From Deltaproteobacteria bacterium (lineage in GTDB: Bacteria; JAGRBM01; JAHCIT01): a stretch of 64,000 nt of DNA. The notes under the pieces were generated by a model. That model did no database searches. It worked only from the letters and a program-made list of their open reading frames with translations, and was not told where the DNA came from. Made by a program: the position numbers and the translations under genes. Below, in pieces: positions 49,101-61,100 of this stretch. How positions within the stretch are numbered: position 1 is the stretch's first letter; each line of letters opens with the position of its first letter. Location: positions 1-64,000 of the forward strand of contig JAHCIT010000002.1 of assembly GCA_026129095.1 (NCBI GenBank), in the 5' to 3' direction.

Positions 49101-52100
49101 GGCGCCGTCGAACACGAAGTAGACGCCGCTCCAGGGCTGGTTCGGTTCCTGGCGTATCCAGAATCCCTGGTGCGAAACCTCACTGGTACCGGAACGGGTC
49201 AGCGGAATCCGGCGGATCAGCCACTTGTCGGCGGCAAGCTCCGAAAGGTCCACGTTGGTGTCGATGCGGGTGCCGTTCAGGTCGGTGCTGCCGTTGTAGC
49301 TCATCGCCAGGTACTGCAGGCAGCGCCTGTCGCGGTCCGACATGCGGGCAAACCGGTTGCGCGTGTTCGGATCGAACGGATCCACGCGGGTATTGGGCAG
49401 CGTCGGCGCATTGGTGTGGCAGTTGTCACCGGTCAGGATGCCGCCGTCCTTCTGGCCTCCGAAGGGGGTGGCCCATGGGACCGCGTTGGTCTGCATGCCC
49501 TCGAATACGATTTCCACGGCCGCTCGCCGCACATGCGATGTCGAGGGGATCAGGATGCCGTACTCCAGGACGTCGCCCGCGACGATCTGGTACTGGGTCC
49601 GGCCGATCGCCGGCTGCTCGTCGGTCCCCGGCCGGTTTCCGCCCACCGGCGTCGTCATGATGCCGGGCTGCCACAGGTGGTACCAGAGCATGCCGTTGGC
49701 TGCAGGTCCCAGGTTGTTGTAGCCGGCGAAATGGAGGGCATTCGTCACGCCCTGCAGGGGGCTGGACGGCCGGCTGAGGGTAATGACCGCGTTGTCCAGC
49801 GGCGCCGACCCGCTGATCGCGCCGCCCATGCTGTCAACGCCCGGAATCTGTCCCTTCCGGGCAGTCACATCGAGCAGGTAGTTGCATCCTGTGACGCTGG
49901 TGGCGCCTTCGGCGCATGCGACCGGCACTGCCGGGGCCCCGTAGCCGTCGTTCACGCGGATCTGGGTTTCGGTGGTGGCGGCGATCACGCGCGGCGGCAG
50001 TTCGCGCGGCGTGAACTTGAGCGGCTGCTTGGGCTCCTCGAAGAAGGCCGTGCTGAAGCTCCGGATCAGGCGGACGAGGTCCGCTTCGGTGGTCGTGATG
50101 CCGGTCGTCATGTCCGTCCGCGTCCGGAGACGGGTGACGCTGCTCAGGAAGTCGAACACGTCAATCGACTCGACGCAGGTATTGCTGGTGAGCGAGAACG
50201 TGTTGCCCGCCGCCATCGCCGCCGGCAGGGCCGGCGAGACGGTCAGCACACCGCCCGCATACCCGGTCACTGTGCGCGTCTGGCCGATGTTCAGGGCATT
50301 GCCCGTCAGCACCTTGAGCGACCAGCCCTTGTAGAAATCAAGGGCGGTGGACGGCAGCGGCACGGTCGTGACAAACGCGCTGGTGGTCGGAGCCGGCGGA
50401 CCGGCTCCGACTGTGGCCGACGCAATCGGGTTCAGGGAGGGATGACCGCAGAACAGCTTGCCCGAATATCCGGGGAAGAATGATATGTAGGGCTGGTTCG
50501 GATCGGCCGACGCACTCGTCATGACCTTCGCCATCTGGAAGATGCGCTCGATCGGGGTGGTCATCGTGCCGGCCCCGAGCATCGTTTCCTCTTTCTGGGA
50601 AAGCGGCGGGATCGTCATCACCAGAAGATCGAAGAACGGCAGCGTATCGAACAGGACGATATCCTCGGCGATGCCGTCAAACAGGTCGGGATCCGTGTAC
50701 GTCGTCAGCATCAGACGGCGGATCAGCGGGATCATCAGCTCGAAAGGCGTTGCATTGTCGGTACCCTGGTCGAGGTCGATCGGGGGCATGCCGCGCACGC
50801 TGGCCCGGCACTCGACGGCCGGATAAGGGGAAGTCGGGTCAAGCTGTCCGATCGTCCGGGTGGGGTTGGCCGCATCAATGCAGCCCAGACCCACGGCGGC
50901 CTCCTGGCAGGTCTGGAGCCGGTAGGGCGTTTCGCCCAGCCGCGGCAGGTACACGTAGTCATCGATCTCAGGCGTGTTGGCCGTGGCGATCGAGCAGTCA
51001 GCCGGTACCCGGTTCGGGCCGGGCGTGGGGTTGGGCTTGATGTCGATCGGGATGAGCAGGGCCAGCAGCGCGTCCAGCAGCGGCTCGACCGGGCGGAGCT
51101 GCTGCGGGTTGGCAGCCGTCGACTGAAGGGGCGTGTTGAACAGCAACTTGAAGACTGGCAGGCCCTTCTCGAAGTCGGTCATCTCCTGCGGCCGGGTGAC
51201 GGGATATCCGAACCCGAGGCGCACCATCGGAATGGCAGCAGTGCCGCCCATCACGGTCTGGACCTTGCGGATCGCCGTCCCGTTGGTCGAGACGAAATCC
51301 ATGTGGTCCGGCGGAACCGCACCGGTGATGTTCGCGGCCTGCCGCTGCAGGACCTCATGCATCGTCCGGCCAGCCGGGTACTGCGCCGTCGGGGCCATGT
51401 AGGAGGAGGCATCGAGACCGATCTCGATCGGCTCGGCACCGGTCTGCTGGATGAACACAAACGCCACACCGCCCGCCGGCACAGTCACCGGTGGGTAAAC
51501 ACCGATGGTCTGGAAACCTTCACGCGGACGGACGTAGAAATCCATTTGCCGCTTGGCGACAAATACCGACCCGCCCGGACAGGCACTCAGGCCATGAACC
51601 AGTGCATTGTCACAATTGATCCCCGCAAAGAAGTTGGCATTCGGCGTCCAGCCCGCGCCGATCATGGCGGTATCCGTCCAGCCGGCAGGGTTCGAGCTGT
51701 AAACCACGATATGGGCGCGTGCAGCACGGTCAACCACGCTGCCTGCCCCACCGGCGCGGCCGGAGTGGTAGAAGGTAATTCCGCTACCCTGGACCGGCTG
51801 TCCCGACAGGTTCTGGAACGACAGTCCGGCACTGAAATGCGGGTCGGAGACGCCACGCGACAGGGAGTGCGACGCGACGCCTTTATCCCAGCGGGAGATG
51901 AAATCGGCGATACCGTCGCCCGGGGCCGCGCCGCCGCCGAAGCATTCGTCGATGATTCCGTCCGGCTTGGGCTCCCAGACCGGTGCTGTCACGGCCGGTG
52001 TGCAACTGCCATCGGGGTTGGCGGTCCGCACGTCGAGACCGCCCAGGCCGGCGCCACCCAGGAACGGCTTCAGCATCGAGTTGAAGTCCCGCGCCCCGCC

Positions 52101-55100
52101 CGTGGAGCAGGGATTGTTGGCGTTGGTATCCCACGGCAGGTACGACCGGGCCGTCACCGTGCTGTAGCACTCGGCCGCCAGCGGGCTGGCGGACGTGGTC
52201 CGCCACCAGGAGCTGGTGGCGTTCAGCGACCCGATGATGTCAAGAACCGGATCGATAAAGGCGACGCACTTCGACGCATCGGCCGGCGAGCAGCCCGCCG
52301 TCTGCGAGTTCAGGCGCAGGTTTGATTTCGGGTTGTAGGGATTGATCGTGTTGTCGAACGACCGCTGTAGCGCAAACTGCTCGGTCGGATCCTTGATCGC
52401 GCCATCCCGGAGGAACGGGATCAGCTTGGCGACAGGCGCCCGGCCTTCGACCCCTAGGTAGGTCTGTCCGCCGGTAGAACCCAGCAGGTTGCCCACGGCG
52501 TCGATCATGCCATCACGGATCGCCGGGAACGGCTTGAGGGAGAAGATCGCGTTCCGCAGCCGGCGCGCATCGCCATTCAGCGGATCGCTGTCGATGTAAT
52601 ACATCACCGTGTCGAGCAGCAGCCCTTCGGTATCGCACCGCAGCACGTCGGCAATGATCGAATCGAGGTCTGTCGCATCAAATGCGGGAATATCCGGATC
52701 CTGGTTCAGGTCGTTCAGGATTCCCTGGCCGATGGCCCGGAGCGCCCGTGCAACGCTGGTCCTCTGTCCGGTCTGGAGAACGAAATCGACCGCCCGCGGC
52801 TGGGTGGCCGCAACGATAATGCCGGGATCATCAACCGCCACCGCGTCGATCACGATCCGGTCGTTATTGAGCCGCTCGATGACCCGGTAGAGGTGGCCGG
52901 TATGGGAGCGTTTATCAGTGGGCGTGAAGGTCATGTTGAATGCAGTGCCGTCTTCCTGGTCAATGATGCAGACACCGCCGGTGAGCGCATCACGCGTGCA
53001 GGTAATCCGGACATAGTCGGCATTCACTGACGGGTCGCAGAACCCGTTCGCATCCGGGGAGCAGCCGGTCACCGACGTGACGACGGGGTTGAAGGCGCCG
53101 GACGAGAAAATCTGCCCGTAACCCCTGGTCTGATAGGTGGCCGACAGCGCCGCACAGCCATTGGTGGCTGCCGTCGCGTTGCAGATGACGCCATTGGTCC
53201 GGGACTTGACGCCGGCCATCTGGTACATCGCCGGAAAGAGCGGATAGAGGAACGGCTCCTTGTCCCGGGCGCCGGTCATCGGAATCCCGTCAAACGGGAC
53301 CGTCGAACCGTCGGCCGGCGAGATCATGTTGTCGATGGCCGAGAAAATAATGTCGAAACCGGTCATGCCCTGCGGCAGCTTGGGGTTGTTGGCCGCTGAC
53401 ACCTCGCGGGCATCGCCGAGTATTTCGAAGATGCCGTCGAGCACCTCCCGGTCCGGGCCCTCTTCCAGGGCGGCAAACGCGCTGACGATCGCCGGCGCAC
53501 CGAATCCCAGCACTTCGATCTGGGACAGGCTCGCAAGCACCGCCGGCGACTGCCCCCACAGTAGCCGTTGCGTGCTGCCGCAGTTGTTGAGCGCGCAGTC
53601 GGCATTGCACTTCGACTGGTAAAGCCCCAGATGCTCCTGGCCGCTCGCTTCCTTGGGGTTGATGGTACCAACCATCTTGACCAGGAGCCGCTGGAGCGGC
53701 GGGAAGGCATCGTTGTCGATCAGCGGGCCAATGGCCCTCGACCGGTCGATAGTGCCGGTCAGCCGGAGCTTCGTGTCCACCGACAGGGTCCGGTTGCCAG
53801 TATCAGCCGCAATAAAACCGGTGCACTCAGGCGTTTGTGCCGGACTTCCGAAATCCTCCGAGTCGTAGCGGATCATGGATGACAGGGAGCCAGTCAATAC
53901 GCCGCGGGCGCCATAGAGGGAGGTGAACAGCGCTTTCAACTGTTCCCGGTCCACCGGCGCCGTCAGTCCGAATATCTTGTTCGTCAGGTTGGCCGATGGC
54001 ATCAGCGGCGGATTCGAGAAACCGGAGATGTCCGAGATCAGCTTGTTAATGCTGAGCAGGAAGTCGCCGTTTCCGATAATCGGAACCTGCGAACCCAGAT
54101 CGACGCCCATCGTAGTCCGGAACGCCTCGTCCAGCCCACGAAGCAGGTCCGGCGAATCCCAGCAGTCGATGGGTGTTTCCGGCAGGGCAGCGGACGACCA
54201 GCCCTGCACGTCCACCTTCCAGCGGGCGCTCGCATTGTAGGTGCTGCCCAGATTCGTACCGCACCCTATATAGGGGTTCGGAAGCTGCTGGGTCAGTTTC
54301 CCCTTGGTGTTGCAGTCGTTGGAGTTCGTGAGGACGTTGGCTGACCCGCCGCACTCATTGGCCGAACCCGCCACAAGGGTCCCGTCCTGCCGGTTGCAGC
54401 GGGGGTCGCTGTCCGCATCGCAGCAGTTCAGGTTATCGCACAGGTACTGGTCATAAGGATTCCGTCCGCGGCTCCGGATTCCTACGGTGCCCTGGAGATT
54501 GTGCTGGTGCATGTAGTTCGCATCGCCCGCCGTTGGAATGGCGGACGGGTAAGGTATCGGCTGGCTGGTCGAACAGCTTCCGCTCGTCCATGCCAGGCCG
54601 TTGGCGCACATCACCGGGCTAGGGAAAGCGCGGTCTGGCGGCCACTGCTGCGCCCAGCCGGCCGTGCGGTTTCCGCTCTCGACCCAGTACGTGGAGTAGT
54701 AACGCTGGGCGGCACCTGCCGGACGCGATGCGCTGTCGTCGGTGCTGCCAGAACTGTTGAACCAGCGGTTATACGAGTCGCGCGGACCGGGGATGAACCG
54801 CCGCGGATTGGCCCGTACGTTGCCGGCCGGTGTGTTGGCGCCCGTATGCCAGGCGGCCATGGTGGGCAGCGCCTCCATGATGGCGTCACGTTCGGACTGG
54901 CCCATTTCGTTGTTGAGCATGTCGCTCATGAGCTGCCAGAGGTCACGCCTCGGATCGAAATCCTTGCTTCGGAGCGCCACGCAGGCGTTGGTCTCGGTAA
55001 CAGTCGGCGCCCGCCATCCGTTGACGCAGCCGCCGGCGGTGCCGGTACAGGCCTTGGGGCAGGTGCAGCAGGAGGGCGGATTCTTGACGAACAGCTCGTC

Positions 55101-58100
55101 AAAGGTGTCCAGGAAGCCGGCCATCGGCGTGTTGTGGACCCTCTCGAAACAGGGCGCCGGCCGGGGCGGATATCCGGGCCGCGTACAGGTGCCGGTGCTC
55201 TTGAACGGCGCCTTGGCCGAGGTCAGCAGGTCGGCCATCGAATCCAGAATGACATCCACGTTGGGAAGACCGGCCAGACGGCAGGCCGGAGCGGTCAGGG
55301 TTTCCGTACCCGGTGTGCCGCATTCCGGAATCTGCGACCGCCGCCCGCGGTTATCCTGATCGAACGCCTGGCCGACAACCGGGAAAATCCGCTTGGTGAG
55401 GCCCAGGTCGTGGGCCGTGACCAGCATGTTCAGAAGGTCGTCCGTATCCGGGAACTGGAGGATGATACGGGTAATCTGGCTCAACAGGTTCTCGTCGGTA
55501 ATGAACTCCAGGGCCGGATACAGGAGGCCGAGCGCGTCCTCGTCGGGGAAGATCAGCTCACCCGACGAGCAGAAATCGGCTGGCGCACGGCCCGCTCCGA
55601 GCCTGATGATCCCTTCGAGACGGCCGGTGCTGTTGTTGCGGCACTCCATCCGGCGGAATCCGTCCACGCGCCTGAGTGTCGCCCCCGGCGACGTGCAGCT
55701 GGCATACAGGGGAGTGATCGCCACCGGAAGTATCTGGCCGCCCAGGGTACATTCGGCCGCATACCGGCGCCCGGTCTGGTTGACCAGGGCCGCCAGCGTC
55801 GGAATCAGGCGGGCGATCGGGCTGTCGCGGACATTCGATGAACCGTCATCGATCGGCTCCAGAACGCACTGGACGACCTCGATCATGCCAGTCAGGTCGG
55901 ACACGCCCGTGGACGGATCGATCGCCAGAATTTCATGCAGGACGGTCCGGAGGCCCTTCAGGGTGGGATCCTTATAGGTAATGCCGGCATCACAGGCGGG
56001 GCTCGGGCCACCGACCGCGGCACACTGGTCATTCATCAGGATGTACAGCGCCCGTCCAAAAGACCGGCTGTCGCTGTTCTGGTCAATGACGATCCGCGTC
56101 TGGTCCACGCACCAGGCCGGCGCTCCGGTCACGCCGCAGTAGCATTCGTTCAGGCTGTTCTTGAACACGATGCTGGAGTAGTTGGCGTTGGCGCAGACCA
56201 CCTCGCCCGCTTCGGGGGCAATGCCGTTGGCGTTGGCGTCGTAAATGAACGCCGAGTTTCCGTTCACGCTGTCAACGAAGAAATACGAGTCGTAGAGATC
56301 GACTATGCCCTCAAGGACGTCATAGAGCAGCGGTATGGTTTCGCGCCGTTCTGTTGCTGTCTGGCCGGAATACACAACCTCCACATCCATGATGCGAAGC
56401 CGGTTGATCACGTCGATCGTGCTCCGAATATCCTCGAACGCCAGCAGGTCAAGAAATGCCGGAGTCGCCCGTACGAACGGAGAGCTTGACTTGTCCTGCG
56501 AGGAACCGCCCTCGACACGGAACCGGCCTCCGTCCAGCGACAAAAGCGTTCTGAACGTCGCCGTCAGGGACTCGATGCCGTCCTGTGTCAGGGGGTTGTT
56601 GTCGGGGTCATACATCGCATCAAGCGTGATGAGGGGCAGTTCGCGGAAGATCTGCCGGTCGATACCGTTCTTGATCAGGTTCAGGATGGTGACGATATCG
56701 CTGTCCGGATTACCGTCGGAGAACAGCCCAGGGAAGATGTCCTGAAGGCCGCCGAGGGCGGTAAGCGCCATCGGATTGGTAAGGATCTGGGAGCCGATAT
56801 CCGCCTCGCCCACCGAACCCAGAACGAAGGCGAAAGCGTCAAAGAACGCGCCCAGTACGTCATGCCCTCCCCGGACACTCGTCGGGTTTTCGGTCAGCGT
56901 CGTGAATATCTTGTCCAGGAAACAGCTGAAGAGGGTTTGCTCGTTGCCAAACCGGTCATCCGGGCAGTTGCCGTCGATATTCCCGAAGATCCCGATGAAG
57001 TCGTTGACGGTCGCCTGGCCGGCTGTCAGCACCACACCAAAGTTCACCGACACCGGGGCTGCGGAGGTAGCGGTGACATTGGGCGGAACCGCGAGATCAG
57101 CGGCCCACACTTCCATGCGGTAACCACCCCGTTCCTCGGTTTCGTCGCCCAGGGTGTAGCCCGAAAGCTGATGGCCCGTCAGCTGCGGGAAACTGAGCGG
57201 ATTGATCCGGCAGTTACGGGCCCTTGTCCGGACCATGAACTGGTCACCGGCCAGCGGCACCGTCGACGCAGCCGGGCTGATCGTGAACCGGCGCGGGGTC
57301 GGGCTCATCGAATAGGCCGTCACGGTAAACGCCTGACCGGCTAGGGGGCCCGAAATAAAGGTGATTTCATCGCCCGCATAGATGTTGTCCGAAGACGACA
57401 GGTTGCTCGTCCCGTTGAACTGTGTGGTGGTGATGCTGCCCACGCCGACCGTGGTTTCGGCGGACCTGACCTTGTCCCAGCTGTACAGGAGGAAGCTGTT
57501 ACCGACCGCCGGGTTCGCGGAAAACGGCTGATCCATGATCAGGCGCCGGTTTGCTCCGCTGTACTGGGACACCGTGCGCGTCTGGCCGCTCGCCGGGCCG
57601 CTCGTGAACCGGAGCTGCCAGCCTATGTAGTAGTTGTCCTCGTTGACCAGTGAAGATGCGCCATCAAACACCGACGCGGGGACATTCGACACGGCGGCAA
57701 CCGTCGCCGCCCTCTGCATCGGGCCAGTGTCATGGTTGAAGAAGGTCGCCGGATAGCACTGGTCCGCCGGAACCGGCAGCGGCACAACCCGGTTCGAAAA
57801 ATCATAGTTCATCTTCGCGACGGTCCGGGATGGATTGGATGGATCCATCAGGACATAGACACCCTGATACAGCCGGAATCCCGTAGGGCCAGTGGAGGGA
57901 TTGCTGTCCCCGTCGGTATTTAGATGCGCATCGGTAATGGAGATGCTGGGCGCCACCGTCACGTTGGTATACCCGTCGGAGACACCACTGATGACCAGCT
58001 GGGGAGCGGCGCGGTCGGTCATGTAGCCGAACGGGACCGTCACCTCGGGCTGCGGATTGGCGGCCGCGTCATGCACGACCCGGACGTTGTCGCTCCTGAT

Positions 58101-61100
58101 TCCATCCTGGACCGCCCGCATGATGTTCGTGAGGGTCGTTCCGGGACCGCCGGCATACGTCGTTGCGGGAATGCGAACGCAGGTCCGGCCGACCAGCAAC
58201 GCCTGCCCATTGCAGGTGAAGGTTCCGCCGATTGCCTGCTCCAGCACACCAATGACAGGAACCCGGTTTCCGCCATTCAGCAGCGGAACCTGGATATAGT
58301 CTCCGGACTTCATGCCACCGGGTATGACCAGCGGGCCGGTCACCAGGGCCGCATTCACGATCAGGTATTCGACCGGCGAGGCCTGCAGGGTCACAGCCGG
58401 ACTCGCCCCGATCAGTATCGAGCTGTACTGGGGGGCCGGTACCGTATAGGTGAAGTGGAAGGCCCTTGTCTGTCCGGCCGGAAGGTCCGGATCGACGAGC
58501 GCCGTCACGTTCCCCGACGTTACATTGACTCCATTGATAAAGAGATCCGGCGTGGGGTTCAACCCCGTGGTGTCGTAAGGAGGCAGTCCATCGTCCGTAA
58601 AGGCGACCCCTTCGATCCGGACACCTTCATAGTTTCCAAGAAGACGGCTAGTGGACGGTTGCACCAGGCGGTGCCGGGTGGCTCCCGTCAGGGGGCCGAC
58701 GGGCACCGTGCCGCTGACACGAAGCACTTTTGCCGTCGTCGCGTTGGTTACCGACTTGACCACGACATGTGTCGAGCCAACCCGGACGGCTGTTCCGGCC
58801 TGCAGCAGTGCCGTAAAATCGACACCACCGCCCGCCACCGTCAGGTTGTTGGCGGCGCTGATGCTGAATGTGTTGGCCCCGGTTCCCATCACCGTTCCGG
58901 GTTCGATCTCATAACACCCCGGACCCGTACAGGCCTGCCCGCCGGTAAATGCCTGCGCTGCCGAGAGGGTGGGTGCAACCAGCATCCGCGTGAAGTTCAC
59001 GGTCGGTGCGGATGCGGACACCGATGGGGTCGAGTAGTTGATCGTGAGCTGCTGGGAGGTGATCCGGCCTGCGTCGTCGGTGATATGCAGCGTAATCAGG
59101 TTTGGCCCGACCGCGAGGTTCAGGCCGATACGGAACGGGACGTTCGAACAGGGGTTACACAGGTACCCGCCCTTCACATCTTCGCCGTCCACCCAGACCA
59201 GCTCGGCGGAACTGCCCGACGGCGCGTCATAGGCAAACCAGGTGGCGTTGGCGTCATTGGCCAGCGCCCCGGCTCCGTCGATTGCCGTGGAATTAAGCGA
59301 GACGGTCCGTGCTCCGGCATTGATGGCCGTGATCTTCCACCGGCGGTTCAGGTTGCCCCCGGTGGCACCGGTCTGGAACATGATGACGTCATTCACACCA
59401 AGACCGCGGCCATAGTCAGGCGCGCCGCTCGTGAAGATCTGGTCCCACGCCTTCTGCTCGGCGGTGGTGGCCCCGCCGGGAAGCGACAGCAGGCAGGCAC
59501 CGGGACAGCCGGTCAGAACGCCGCGCATTGGCGCAAAGCCGGTGTGCCGAAGCGTGAAGCTCGCATTCGGATCGAATACTACCGGAGTTCCATCTGCAGC
59601 GGTGTCCAGGATGGTGAGAACCGTGCTGGTGCCGTTGGTTCCGATGGCGGAGATCCGCACACGCTTGGCGCGGTTCAGCTGGCCGGGATCGTCAATAAAA
59701 CGGATCAGGTCGCTGACCTTGACCGGAGCCTTCTCCGTCAGCCGGGCCATTTCGGAAGCAGGAATCGTTATGGTGGTGGCGCCAGCCATCGGCGTCACAA
59801 CGAATGTGTTTCCCGCCCCCGGAGTGCCGCCAAACCCTGACGCCATGGTGAAGCGGCGCAGCGCCCCGTCATAGGACTGGACAACCCGCGTCTGGCCCGC
59901 GAGGAGCCCACTCGTGATCTGCACGGTCCATCCCCGGTAGAAATCATTGGCGGAACTGAGTGCCGTACCGCCAGTGAATATCGTCGACGAGGTTCCGGTT
60001 ACCACCGTCGAGGGGGCGGCATCGACGGCCTGGGAGGTCGTGTCATAGGCGATCGAATACACACGGCCTGGCGAGGTGTCACTGAATATACCCTCGATCG
60101 ACACGAAGGCGGCCGGATTGGTTACTGATGCTGTCAGCGGGATACCGGAAAACAGCGCCGTGGCGTTGCTGGCGTCACGGACCGAGAAGGTCGATCCAAA
60201 AGTGGGCGCCGATGAGTCCTGGACCAGCCGGATGTCATCCGGATCGGGCGTCCCGCTCTGGTCGGCACTCAGGATGTTGAGCGAGTTGCGGGCCCGGGTA
60301 TGCACCAGGGTTTCGGCATTGGCCGGAAGCGTGATCGAGGTCTGGAGGTTCAGCCAGCCCGCCTCCGGAGTGCCGGAACAGTTGTTTGCCTCGGCGGCAT
60401 AGGGTCCGGTGTAAGTCTGCTGGAGCGTTCCGCCCGACCCGCCGTAGAGCACTTCAACACCGAGCAGGTTGGGATCGGCCGGAGTCGGGGTGCCGACATT
60501 CGGCTTCACTTTTGCCGACATCAGATAGCTCGTTGCCGACCGGAAATACCGGATTGTCGTCCCGCCCTCGACCGAACGGCGGTCGTTCTCGCCGGGACGG
60601 TCGGTGATGCAGATCTGCGGGGTGGCAGAAGCCGGCGAGGTGTAGTCCACGCGGTAATATTCGGTTTCGGAGAGGGCCGGGCTCGCGTCCGTCGCCGTAA
60701 CGCCGATCAGCAACCAGCCGCTCGTCGCACCGCCACCCACAAAGTTCGCGGGATTTAGCTGAAGGTCGACACGGAAAACCGTCCCGGCCAGTTGCATGCC
60801 GTTGGCGGAAACCACGCAGGGACCGGCAGCCGTACAAAGGCTGCCGGCGGTCGGAATGACGGCCGCGCTGAAGCAGGAACTCGGATTCCCGCCGCACACG
60901 TCCTTGACGGACACGTTGCTCCCGGCGGCGGCAACCGTCGCACTGGCGCGAATGGTCGTGCCCGATCCCGCAGTGCTGGTGGTCACGGGTATGGAGTAGT
61001 CAGTATTGGAAAGGGGAAGCGTCGGCGGAACACACGCGGCGGCATTCGGCCCGCATGCGCCGCTGCCAGGCATTGTCTTTGAGGCTGAGCCATCCTGCAC

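Noticed and set aside
46686-50483. 1265-aa plus-strand ORF, and other long ORFs antisense to the giant gene (43479..45842, 57924..59840)
   Set aside because: Shadow ORFs caused by high-GC codon bias; Arg/Val/Gly-rich with no motifs.
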